A DNA stretch of 25,335 nucleotides from contig CAZYLT010000025.1 of assembly GCA_964648855.1 (NCBI GenBank), forward strand, positions 1 to 25,335, in the 5' to 3' direction. Position numbers and translations under genes: made by a program. Source of the stretch: an uncultured archaeon. Lineage in GTDB: Archaea; Asgardarchaeota; Thorarchaeia; Thorarchaeales; Thorarchaeaceae. The first letter of the stretch is position 1. Each line of letters begins with the position of its first letter. This document shows positions 16,155 through 25,093 of the stretch, piece after piece. The notes under the pieces are model-generated. The model ran no database searches and had not been told where the DNA came from. It saw nothing but the letters and a program-made list of their open reading frames with translations.

Positions 16155-19100
16155 CTACTCCCTCAGCATCTCTTCGATTTGGTCGAGAAAACTCTTCTCA
16201 CGCCACCAACGGAGGTCTCTGGCTCCTGTTGGGCATATTGCACAACACGCACCGCACCCCTCACATCTCATCTCATCGGTCACGCTCTTTTTAACGCCCG
16301 GTTCAATTTCTATCATACTCACCGCATCATACGGACATATCTCCGAGTAATGGCACAAATCGCAGCCGACACAAAGATCTTGATCTACTTCTGCAGTCAA
16401 CAATTCTATCTCTACTGTACCGAGTGTCAATGGTATCGAGGCTTGACTAGCTGCGCCTCGTGACTGATTTACCGAGTCGGCAATATTCTTTGCATAGGTC
16501 ACTCCCAAGAAGATTCCCGGTACAGTCGTTTCGACAGGTCTGAACTTCATATGCATCTCTGCCAGAAAACCATCCTGGCTCTTGTTGATGCCTAAGGCTT
16601 TAACCAGTTCATTGACATCATGTGGAGCTTCAAGTCCCACAGCAAGAACTACCATGTCTGATTCAATCTTCAGAGTTTCTTGAGATAAAGTGTCGTAAAT
16701 TGTTACAATTGCCTCAGAAGTTTCTTCTGCCTTTTCAACTGTGATGGGATTCTCTCTGAGCCAACGAAGGTAAGTTACACCATTCTGTCTGTTTTCTCTC
16801 CACATCTCTTCCATCTTATTTGCATAGGGGCGGATGTGTTCCTTATATGCAGAAAAGATCCTAATATCTGGAAACATCGCCCTCAGCTCTTTTTGCATAG
16901 CAATGACTGCAGAGCAGCAAACACGAGAGCAGTACTTGTTCCCTTCACCCGGAGTCTGCCTTGAACCTACACAATGAATAAAAACTGGGTTCTTTGGGAG
17001 ATCCTTGATTTCGCCGGCCCTTAGTTTTTCTTCTAGATTTTGAGTTGTTATGACTGCTGGCGTTTCTTCCCAACCATATTCGCCCTTCTTGGGTTCGTAG
17101 GTATCGTTTCCCACTGCAACAACCATAGACCCTATTGTGTGTACGCTCTCCTCCCCCGTTTCTAGATTCCTGATTGTCATATCATAGTTTCCATAGGACC
17201 CCTCCCGTTCAACGACTTTGGAGTTCAGAAGCACCTTGATTTTCTTTTCCTTTTCTACTCTTGAAATCAGGTCCTTTACAATGTCTTCTGCGTTCTCCAT
17301 GTTGGGAAAGACGCGATAGAGCCTATTCAATCTACCACCCAATCTATCCTCTTTTTCTACAAGAATGACCTCAAAACCCTTTTTGGCCAAATCCAGGGCT
17401 GCAGTCATTCCCGAAACTCCACCACCGACCACCATGGAGGTGAGCGTCACCTCTACTCTCTCAACAGGGACAAACTCGTTATTGATTGCCTTAGCAACCC
17501 CACTCCTAATCAGATCCTGAGCTTTCTCTTGTCGAACCTCTGGAGGTGCATTTGCATTAACCAACGCCAGATGTTCCCTTAGACCCACCGGCCCAACTAG
17601 GTAATATCCGGAAAGACCTGCAGCTCTCAAAGCAGACCTAAAGGTGGCTTCATGTTGAAGCGGCGAACATGAACCGACCACAACCCTGTTGAGATTATGC
17701 TCCTTTATTGCTTCAGTAATCATCTCTTGACCTGGGTCACTACACATGAACAAATAATCAGTGCTATAAGCTACTCCAGGAATATCCTTTGCCCACTCTG
17801 CTAATCCTGGCGAATCAATGACATTTCCGATAATTCCTCCACAATGACATATAAAGACGCCAACTCTTGGTTCCTCTCCCTCAGGAAGTGGGTCAATGGT
17901 ATCCGGTGGTTTGCTCTCTGGAATTGGTAGTGAACTATGAGCGGCAATGGCTGCTCCCTTTCCTTCATTCACAGTATCAGTTCCATCTCTCGGTCCATGA
18001 ATACATCCTGCCATGAATATGCCTGGTCGACTGGTTTCCAACGCATTCTGATTGGGATGTTTCTCTGCTATCCAACCGGTATCGGCAAGTTCGATATTGA
18101 GTGTCTTTGCCAGCTCCTCATGCCCCTCATTAGGTCTAAAGCTGGAATTGAGAACTACCATAGATACACCCTCTATCTCCATTATCTCTCCTGTATCAGT
18201 ATCCTCAATCTTTACAAAGAGATCATTGGTGTCTAGGTCCTCCGAAATTTCTGCAACTCTACCACGAATAAAATCAATTCCTTGATTCTTTTCGCTATCC
18301 CAGAGAAATTCCTCCAGAGCCTTTCCCGCGGTTCTCATATCCATGTAGGTGTAAATAATCTCACAATGGTCCTCTGGATAATGCATTCTTGTTACTTGTG
18401 CCAATTTGAGTCCAAAAGAGCAACAAACACGATTACAGTGATTGCTGTATCCATCTACTTCCTTTCGGACATCCCTGCTGCCAACACAATTAACGAATAG
18501 AATTTTCTCTGGTTCCTTTCCATCTGAAGGCCGGACCATATGAGCATCGGTTGGTCCTGTTGGATGCGTCTGTCGATCATATTCCAGCGAAGTAACTACA
18601 TTGGGAAACACACCATATCCGTATTCGCCATAATCAACGGGCTTGTACTCCTGGAATCCGGTGGCAACGACAATGGAACCTACGCTAAGGTCGAAGACCT
18701 CATCTTGATCTTCATAATCAATACAGTCCTGAGGGCAAACCCCTGCACAAGTTCCACACCCAATACATGCCTCCCTATCAATGGTGGCAACGAGTGGAAT
18801 CTGCTGTGGAAAATTCAAGTAGATTGCTTTCCTAGTTGAGAGACCAAAATCATATGGGTTTGGTACTTCGACTGGGCAGTTTCTTATGCACATCTTGCAT
18901 CCTGTACATTTGTCTTCATCTACGTATCTAGCCTTCTTTCGCACAGATACAGTGAAATCGCCTGCGCGGCCTTTCACCCTCTCAACTTCCGACAGAGCAT
19001 GGATTGTAATATTCGGATGTTTTCCAACGAATGATGTGAGAGGGGTCATAACACAGGCTGAGCACTCGAGCATTGGGAATATCTTATAGATGGCAACATA

Positions 19101-19259
19101 GTTGCCTCCGATGTTCACCGTCTTCTCGATAATATGGGCATGATGTCCGGCATCCGCCAGGTCTAATGCGGCATTTATGCCAGCCATTCCACCACCTATG
19201 ATTGCAACATCTGTGGGTTTTGGTTTCTCTGAGGTCTTCTTTGCTGAGTCACTGGCCAT
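16155..19259 (-). CDS. hdrA: Double-FAD heterodisulfide reductase subunit A-like protein without MvhD (1034 aa)
   Basis: Start revised to the ATG at 19259 (MASDSAKK...IIGGGMAG), preceded by GAGGT. Same domain order as the other HdrA (two FAD domains with CVGSR...CxRVCC, inserted and C-terminal ferredoxins, VFICHCG domain) but ends after the last ferredoxin. Confidence 0.92.
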   Translation of the reverse strand: MASDSAKKTSEKPKPTDVAIIGGGMAGINAALDLADAGHHAHIIEKTVNIGGNYVAIYKIFPMLECSACVMTPLTSFVGKHPNITIHALSEVERVKGRAGDFTVSVRKKARYVDEDKCTGCKMCIRNCPVEVPNPYDFGLSTRKAIYLNFPQQIPLVATIDREACIGCGTCAGVCPQDCIDYEDQDEVFDLSVGSIVVATGFQEYKPVDYGEYGYGVFPNVVTSLEYDRQTHPTGPTDAHMVRPSDGKEPEKILFVNCVGSRDVRKEVDGYSNHCNRVCCSFGLKLAQVTRMHYPEDHCEIIYTYMDMRTAGKALEEFLWDSEKNQGIDFIRGRVAEISEDLDTNDLFVKIEDTDTGEIMEIEGVSMVVLNSSFRPNEGHEELAKTLNIELADTGWIAEKHPNQNALETSRPGIFMAGCIHGPRDGTDTVNEGKGAAIAAHSSLPIPESKPPDTIDPLPEGEEPRVGVFICHCGGIIGNVIDSPGLAEWAKDIPGVAYSTDYLFMCSDPGQEMITEAIKEHNLNRVVVGSCSPLQHEATFRSALRAAGLSGYYLVGPVGLREHLALVNANAPPEVRQEKAQDLIRSGVAKAINNEFVPVERVEVTLTSMVVGGGVSGMTAALDLAKKGFEVILVEKEDRLGGRLNRLYRVFPNMENAEDIVKDLISRVEKEKKIKVLLNSKVVEREGSYGNYDMTIRNLETGEESVHTIGSMVVAVGNDTYEPKKGEYGWEETPAVITTQNLEEKLRAGEIKDLPKNPVFIHCVGSRQTPGEGNKYCSRVCCSAVIAMQKELRAMFPDIRIFSAYKEHIRPYANKMEEMWRENRQNGVTYLRWLRENPITVEKAEETSEAIVTIYDTLSQETLKIESDMVVLAVGLEAPHDVNELVKALGINKSQDGFLAEMHMKFRPVETTVPGIFLGVTYAKNIADSVNQSRGAASQASIPLTLGTVEIELLTAEVDQDLCVGCDLCHYSEICPYDAVSMIEIEPGVKKSVTDEMRCEGCGACCAICPTGARDLRWWREKSFLDQIEEMLRE

Positions 19260-19285
19260 TGACCATACCTCTTGGGGCTTTGCGC

Positions 19286-19319
19286 CAACGCGACCGTTGA
19301 CAGCTTGGGCGATATAATC
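19286..19319 (-). promoter_or_regulatory. Putative promoter/operator of the second hdrA
   Basis: TATA-like GATTATAT (19319-19312) preceded by a purine-rich CAGAAA; perfect inverted repeat CAACG-N4-CGTTG (19286-19299) near the expected transcription start. Confidence 0.35.
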
Positions 19320-19432
19320 TTTCTGTCGTGGCGAAGAACATTTTTCCTTGCTCAAATAAGCTCTGTAAAAAGAAAGGAATTTAGTTCCCTACTCAAAGAG
19401 GTCTAGTTAGTCCGAGAACTGGAGGGTATCGC

Positions 19433-19921
19433 GTGGATGAAATGGAACAATCTCATGAATGGCTACTAACTGCGTTCCTTTTGTTGACTCTCTTATTTCT
19501 CCCCTATATGCTCCAAATACAGCGTGATTTTGTTTCTTCTGATCCAAACTACTCTTGGTGGGCTTGGGTGTATACAGTATACTCACATGGAATACAATTC
19601 ACATCTCCATAGTCCTTTATCGGTAAATCATACGATACGGTTCTGTATCTTACTTTCATTATAGCATTTGACAGATATTACAAGAGAAAAACTAGTCTAA
19701 GAGTAGTCAAGATTCTTGCAGTTGTCAGCGTACTTCCTCGTCTTCTGCCAACCATATCCAATCTTTTGATTTCTATATTCAATCTCGAGGTGAATTATCT
19801 GCTAATTGGCATTCCTTTGCCATCTTCTATCATATTTGGTTTAGTTTTTCTGCACTTCAAGCCTCTACCTCCTTCAAAGCATAAATGGCTCGACGAGAAA
19901 AAAGATCCTTGGAAGGATTGA
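19433..19921 (+). pseudogene. Membrane protein gene interrupted by a single in-frame TAG (pseudogene, sequencing error or readthrough)
   Basis: GGAGGG SD at 19421-19426, GTG start at 19433, 59 codons, TAG at 19610-19612, then 102 more open codons in the same frame to TGA at 19919-19921. Hydrophobic helices lie on both sides of the TAG. Absent from the ORF track. Confidence 0.7.
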
Positions 19922-20066
19922 TAGGAAGAGAGTGTGCGTTTGAATCAGTTTCCTGTTTTTTGCAGACGAGCACACAAAGCGTTGTATCTTGGCAGGGAAA
20001 TGGTCGATTGACTCGCTTAACTTTTACAATCCTTATTGTTACTATAGTAGATCTCGTATCAATGAA

Positions 20067-20918
20067 CTATGATTTTACTCTGTAATATGCTTCCCATGGC
20101 ACTGGATCGGAATAACCTAGCTTTTCTGCGAGTTTTATGGATGCCAAATTAGCGGCATCCCAGTGAGGAACAATGTCATTTTCGAGGGCGTATTCGATAA
20201 GAGCTGCTGAAACAGCGGTTGCAAGCCCTCTTCTTCTATAATGGGGGCTCTCCACTGTATCAACCTGCACCTGAAATTCATCAATAAACGGGAATGCTGA
20301 GTATGCTAAGCTAAAGATCTGATTCTCTTGAACCGCACAAAACCCTACACCATGTTGGAGCAGCCCGTCAACGCCTCTAAAATGCAAGTCTATTATTCTA
20401 CAAACCGCCGGATTTACCCTCCTGAGGTTGTCACGATTTATCTTCTGCAATTCGAATCCTGAAGGAATATTGTTTTTCAAGCGGCGAATCATTGCAATGT
20501 CAAGCGAATCTGGGTTGAATTTGGTTCTCTGTTGTACTCGCAGTTCCTCGCCATACTGTTCCTTTACAAGCCGCGCCCAGTCGTCATCGGGTACTATTAT
20601 GATATTTAGATAGGGAATTGTTTCGACAAGTAGTTGTGCCTCATCAGAGTGAGGGTTTCCAGCTACAAAATTCATGGGGTAATAACTGAACCATGCTACA
20701 TTCGGTTCTGACACGGAATCAACTCGGAGATGACCGAGACCTAATCTCAAAGTTTGAAATAAAATCGCCTCCGCATGCCTATGCCCCGCGAACACATGTA
20801 CAATATTGGTCCTATCGTCCATCCACTCTATAAACAAAGCATAATCCTCAGGAGCATCAATTGTAATCGTGATGACTTCATCTGTACATATTTTGCTTGA
20901 ATTTATTATTTTTGACAC
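20067..20918 (-). CDS. GNAT-family acetyltransferase
   Basis: YRRRGLATAV acetyl-CoA motif and PHWDAANLASIKLAEKLGY. Start uncertain; it may be downstream of the GTG at 20918. Confidence 0.85.
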   Translation of the reverse strand: MSKIINSSKICTDEVITITIDAPEDYALFIEWMDDRTNIVHVFAGHRHAEAILFQTLRLGLGHLRVDSVSEPNVAWFSYYPMNFVAGNPHSDEAQLLVETIPYLNIIIVPDDDWARLVKEQYGEELRVQQRTKFNPDSLDIAMIRRLKNNIPSGFELQKINRDNLRRVNPAVCRIIDLHFRGVDGLLQHGVGFCAVQENQIFSLAYSAFPFIDEFQVQVDTVESPHYRRRGLATAVSAALIEYALENDIVPHWDAANLASIKLAEKLGYSDPVPWEAYYRVKS

Positions 20919-20928
20919 ATTTTTGAGC

Positions 20929-20967
20929 TATGTACAAGTATGTACTTATGCACGGCTTTATTAAAAA
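20929..20967 (+). promoter_or_regulatory. Putative hydrogenase operon promoter with TATGYAC repeats
   Basis: TATGTAC (20929-20935), TATGTAC (20939-20945), TATGCAC (20947-20953), then TATA-like TTTATTAAAAA; SD GAGGTG at 21003-21008. Confidence 0.4.
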
Positions 20968-21016
20968 TCGGGGGATAGAATCTGCTGTCTACTAGAATAT
21001 CAGAGGTGTTTCATCC

Positions 21017-22045
21017 GTGCGCTATATCAAGATATCAAAAGAGAATACATACAAGTTCCTAGAGCGGCTCAAAGAGGTTGGAACTCTTCATGCTCCGATG
21101 AAGATCTCTGAGAAGTTCTATGATTTCTGCGAAGTTGATGACGTAAAGGAAGTTGCATTCGAATATAATCGAACCATTAGACCTCCTCGTCGTTTCTTCT
21201 ATCCCGAAGAAGAGGTCATGTTCAAGTTTGACACAGCTCGGGGCGAAATGTATGAAAACACCCCACGTGACAAGAGAGTCATCCTATTTGGAGTGCATAA
21301 TTGTGACATCGTTGGTCTGCGAATTATGGACTCTGTATTCATGGACGAACAACCAGACCCATATTATCAGAAACGAAGAACGAGCGGCATAATTATCGGC
21401 CTATCCTGCCTTCCAGATGAGTATTGCTTCTGCAATGTAAGACGTATTGAATTTGTGGACGCTGGCTTTGACTTATTTTTCCATGAGCTGCCTGACGGAT
21501 TTTTAGTCAGGGTTGGAACCGTAACGGGTCACAAGTTAGTAGACCCCTACCCTGAGCTCTTTGAGGAAATCACTGACAAAGATACCAAAAACCTGGAGGA
21601 ATTCGAAGCGAAGAAGGCAAGTATGTGGACTGTAAAGGGCAACTGGGATGATTTGAGATACTTCCTTGAGATGCGAATGGACCACGAGATGTACGACCGT
21701 GAGAGCGACAAATGCCTCGGCTGTGGAAATTGTACTCTAACCTGTCCGACCTGTCGCTGTCATACCTACAGAGATATCCCAAGCATTGACGGACGCACGG
21801 GTGAGAGAATAAAATACTGGGATTCATGTCAGTTTCGGTCACATGGGCTTGTTGCTGGGCCTCACAATTTTCGGCCCACTAAGAAGTCCAGATTTTTCAA
21901 TCGTTACCAGTGTAAGAATGCATATTGTCCCGATACAACTACTGCGTACTGTGTGGGATGCGGCAGATGCACCTATTTCTGTCCAGCTGAAATCAACTTC
22001 AAGAAAAACCTCATGGAGATTGGTGGCTATAAGGAGGTGGTCTAA
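21017..22045 (+). CDS. hydB: Group 3b [NiFe] (sulf)hydrogenase beta subunit, Fe-S
   Basis: MRYIKISKENTYKFLERLK N-terminus like Pyrococcus SHI beta; CLPDEYCFC, CLGCGNCTLTCPTCRC, CVGCGRCTYFCP. Confidence 0.92.
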   Translation: MRYIKISKENTYKFLERLKEVGTLHAPMKISEKFYDFCEVDDVKEVAFEYNRTIRPPRRFFYPEEEVMFKFDTARGEMYENTPRDKRVILFGVHNCDIVGLRIMDSVFMDEQPDPYYQKRRTSGIIIGLSCLPDEYCFCNVRRIEFVDAGFDLFFHELPDGFLVRVGTVTGHKLVDPYPELFEEITDKDTKNLEEFEAKKASMWTVKGNWDDLRYFLEMRMDHEMYDRESDKCLGCGNCTLTCPTCRCHTYRDIPSIDGRTGERIKYWDSCQFRSHGLVAGPHNFRPTKKSRFFNRYQCKNAYCPDTTTAYCVGCGRCTYFCPAEINFKKNLMEIGGYKEVV

Positions 22046-22912
22046 TTGACAAATAACAATGGCTCTAAGGCTAACATCTATGATACAAACAAGTGCCGTC
22101 TGCTCAGAAGATACCCATTGACTGAACAAGAAGATTTGTTCCTATTTCGCTTTGAAGACTCTGAAGTCGCACAGAACTGGCGCTTTAAGCCAGGTCAATT
22201 TGTTCAGGTGTCTCTGCTTGGCCTTGGAGAAGTGCCTATATCCATCTGCTCATCGGCGAGAAGAATGGGTTTCTTTGAGTTGTGCATACGAAATACAGGG
22301 AAAGTGACTTCACAAATTCATCAGCTGGAACCGGGTGATTTGGTTGGTATCAGAGGGCCATACGGAAACGGGTTCCCCATGGAGCAGTTCCACGGACGGG
22401 ATTTGCTCTGTGTTGCTGCAGGACTTGGAATGGCACCGCTGCGGTCAGTATTTCTCTATGCTATTGACAATCGATGGCAATTTGGGAACATCACTATAAT
22501 CAATACTGCCAAGTATGGCAAAGAATTGTTGTTTGAGAAAGAACTGGAAGCAATGAAGGATATTGCTACCGCGGAGAACATTGCAATAGTTCAAAGCGTC
22601 ACCAGAGACCCCGAATATCCAAGTTTCCATGGCAGGGCGACCGAGCATATGGATAAGGCCAATGTAGACCCGAAGAATTGTGCCGTTGCAATGTGTGGGC
22701 CTCCAGCAATGTATCGAGGCATGTTCGACCACTTGGTTGAATCTGGTTATGACCCGCGCTATATATGGGTCACTCTAGAGCGAAAGATGTACTGTGGGAC
22801 TGGAAAATGTGGACACTGTAACATCGGTACCGCGACCTCATGGAAGTATGCGTGTAAGGATGGTCCGGTGTTTGACTACTACGCAATAACTTCCATTCCG
22901 GGGTTGATATAG
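22046..22912 (+). CDS. hydG: Group 3b [NiFe] (sulf)hydrogenase gamma subunit, FAD/NAD(P)-binding, [2Fe-2S]
   Basis: FKPGQFVQ, GEVPISICSS, RGPYGNGF, AAGLGMAPLRS, CGPPAM, CGTGKCGHC...CKDGPVF. Confidence 0.94.
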   Translation: MTNNNGSKANIYDTNKCRLLRRYPLTEQEDLFLFRFEDSEVAQNWRFKPGQFVQVSLLGLGEVPISICSSARRMGFFELCIRNTGKVTSQIHQLEPGDLVGIRGPYGNGFPMEQFHGRDLLCVAAGLGMAPLRSVFLYAIDNRWQFGNITIINTAKYGKELLFEKELEAMKDIATAENIAIVQSVTRDPEYPSFHGRATEHMDKANVDPKNCAVAMCGPPAMYRGMFDHLVESGYDPRYIWVTLERKMYCGTGKCGHCNIGTATSWKYACKDGPVFDYYAITSIPGLI

Positions 22913-22913
22913 A

Positions 22914-23732
22914 ATGGCCATTATTGACGAATGCAGAACTGATTGTAAACCAAGAGTCGGTGTATACGGGCTCACTTCTTGTTATGGCTGTCAACTGAAA
23001 CTAGCAACCGTTCAGAAGATTCTGGAGATTGCCGATGCTTTTCAAATCGAGAGTTTCTACATGATGTCCAGCAATAGCAAGATTCCAGCAGATGTGGATA
23101 TCGCATTTGTTGAGGGTTCAGTTTCTACCGAGAAGGACTTGGAGGAACTAAAGGAGATACGAAAACACTCACGCATTGTTGTCGCATTAGGTGCATGTGC
23201 TGTCCATGGAGGTGTACAGAGTTGGGCGGAAGGAGAGATGAGCATTGATGAACTCCACTCAACTGTTTACGGGGATGCTAAGATAGATATGAAACCACTT
23301 CAAGCAACTCCAATAGAACAACATGTTGAAGTTGACTATTCTCTTCCTGGTTGTCCCCCAGAGGAAGATGAATTGATGTATTTCATATCGGCCTTCTTAT
23401 TTGGCACGTACCCGGAGCCAAAGGACTATCCAGTCTGTGCTGAGTGTCGACTTGCAGGCAATCCTTGTATCCTTATTGAGAGAGACGCTCCCTGTTTAGG
23501 GCCAGTGATCACTGCAGGATGCAAGGCAAGGTGCCCCTCATTCAACGTACCATGTGTGGGCTGTAGAGGTCCAGTACCGTATGAAACCGCTTGGTTTGAC
23601 TCATTGGCTAAGACATTTCGGATGAAAGGAATGGATAAGGAATTTATCCGGGACAGGTTGCGTGTTTTTGGGGCACACGATTCCAATCTTGAGCCCATGC
23701 TTAGGGAAATTTTCGGAGAGGAGAGCGAATGA
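22914..23732 (+). CDS. hydD: Group 3b [NiFe] hydrogenase small (delta) subunit
   Basis: LTSCYGCQ, VEGSV, GACAVHGG, PGCPP, PVCAEC...PCLGPVITAGCKARCP...CVGCRGP. Confidence 0.94.
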   Translation: MAIIDECRTDCKPRVGVYGLTSCYGCQLKLATVQKILEIADAFQIESFYMMSSNSKIPADVDIAFVEGSVSTEKDLEELKEIRKHSRIVVALGACAVHGGVQSWAEGEMSIDELHSTVYGDAKIDMKPLQATPIEQHVEVDYSLPGCPPEEDELMYFISAFLFGTYPEPKDYPVCAECRLAGNPCILIERDAPCLGPVITAGCKARCPSFNVPCVGCRGPVPYETAWFDSLAKTFRMKGMDKEFIRDRLRVFGAHDSNLEPMLREIFGEESE

Positions 23733-25066
23733 CATCGACTGAAAAGAAGAAATCAAGTAAGAAATCGAAATTGACTCGTCCAATCAATGTTGATCATATT
23801 GCCAGAATTGAGGGAAAGGCAGGCATTGAGGTTATCTATGATGGAAAGACTGTTGAAGTCGTAAACGTGAACGTCTTCGAGGGACCACGTTATTTCGAGG
23901 CGATAACATTGGGCAAACCCGTCGAAGAAGCTGCAGCTGTCTTTCCCCGAGTCTGTTCTTTCTGTGCTGCAGCACACAAGATCACTGCAGTTGAAGCAAT
24001 AGAGGATGCTATCGGCCTGGAGCCTACAGAGCAGACCAAGAAATTCCGAGAGCTACTATACATAGGCGACTATCTGGAGAGCCATGCTCTTCATCTCTTT
24101 CTACTGGTTTTGCCAGACTTTCTCGGTTATCCTGGCGCCTTTACAATGGCGAAGGACTATCCTGACACTGTGAAAGCTGGAATGAAAATGAAAGACATCG
24201 GTGCAGACATCCAAACCGTAATCGGGTCTAGGTATATTCATCAGGAGAATCTACTCCTTGGTGGTTTTGGTTCTCTCCCCCCCAAGAATAAACTACTCTC
24301 TCTAGCGAGCAGATTGAAATCTCTCCGAAATGAATCTGAAGAGGCCCTTGAACATCTCGTCAGCTATCGGAATTGGCCTGAAGTTCAGGCTGCTCGCAAT
24401 CATCTTGCTTTGCAACCTCTAGGCAAGCACTATACAATGTTTGGCAGCGAAATCCACTCAACTGATGGTGGAAAATTCAAGAATGATGCATATGAGATGA
24501 GAATTTCAGAATCTGTGGTTCCACATTCGTTTGCAAAACATTCTCACTATAATGATGCTCCATTCATGACTGGTGCACTATCTCGCTATACACTCTTCAA
24601 TGGTACGCTTGAAGGACGAGCGAAGGAACTCGCTGGAATGTACAAAACCTATCTTGATTCGGACAATCCTATGTCCAATAATTTCGCTCAGGCGATCGAG
24701 CTTGTCTATTACACTCATAGAGCAGAAGCCATTAGTCGTGATTTGGCTGATAATTTGAAACGCTATGAACAGAGAATACAACCAAGGATTGTACCTGGAA
24801 CTGGGGTGTCTGTAACAGAGGCTCCAAGGGGTCTATTGGCATATACAATAGGTGTTGATAAGAACGGGAGAGTCAACAAATGCGACATCATAACGCCCAC
24901 AGCCATGTTTCTTCCTATCATGGAGGCGGATCTTCAACGGATGTCACAGGGATTATTGAACAAGGGTTTGAAAGATACCAAAGAGATTGGCAAGAAACTG
25001 GAAACCGTTGTCCGCTCTTACGACCCGTGTGTTTCTTGCAGTGTCCATGTCACCGAACTAAAGTGA
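23729..25066 (+). CDS. hydA: Group 3b [NiFe] hydrogenase large (alpha) subunit
   Basis: ARIEGK, L1 motif RVCSFCAAAH, EAPRG, L2 motif RSYDPCVSCSVH plus short cleavable tail VTELK; ATGA overlap with hydD. Confidence 0.95.
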   Translation: MTSTEKKKSSKKSKLTRPINVDHIARIEGKAGIEVIYDGKTVEVVNVNVFEGPRYFEAITLGKPVEEAAAVFPRVCSFCAAAHKITAVEAIEDAIGLEPTEQTKKFRELLYIGDYLESHALHLFLLVLPDFLGYPGAFTMAKDYPDTVKAGMKMKDIGADIQTVIGSRYIHQENLLLGGFGSLPPKNKLLSLASRLKSLRNESEEALEHLVSYRNWPEVQAARNHLALQPLGKHYTMFGSEIHSTDGGKFKNDAYEMRISESVVPHSFAKHSHYNDAPFMTGALSRYTLFNGTLEGRAKELAGMYKTYLDSDNPMSNNFAQAIELVYYTHRAEAISRDLADNLKRYEQRIQPRIVPGTGVSVTEAPRGLLAYTIGVDKNGRVNKCDIITPTAMFLPIMEADLQRMSQGLLNKGLKDTKEIGKKLETVVRSYDPCVSCSVHVTELK

Positions 25067-25093
25067 TCTAATAACTTCCGAGGGAAGGAACTG

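Noticed and set aside
19260-19355. N-terminal extension of the second HdrA in the ORF track
   Set aside because: Overlaps promoter-like sequence; the ATG at 19259 with a GAGGT SD is the better start.
19885-20085. 66-aa ORF between the amber gene and GNAT
   Set aside because: Overlaps both neighbours, has no motif, and spans a T-rich probable terminator region.
7923-25066. Selenocysteine recoding in HdrA, MvhD or hydrogenase
   Set aside because: Positions that are Sec in some archaea are Cys here (CAMC, CSAC, CNWC, GCHIGDCH, DPCVSC); no in-frame TGA occurs within these genes and no convincing SECIS was seen.
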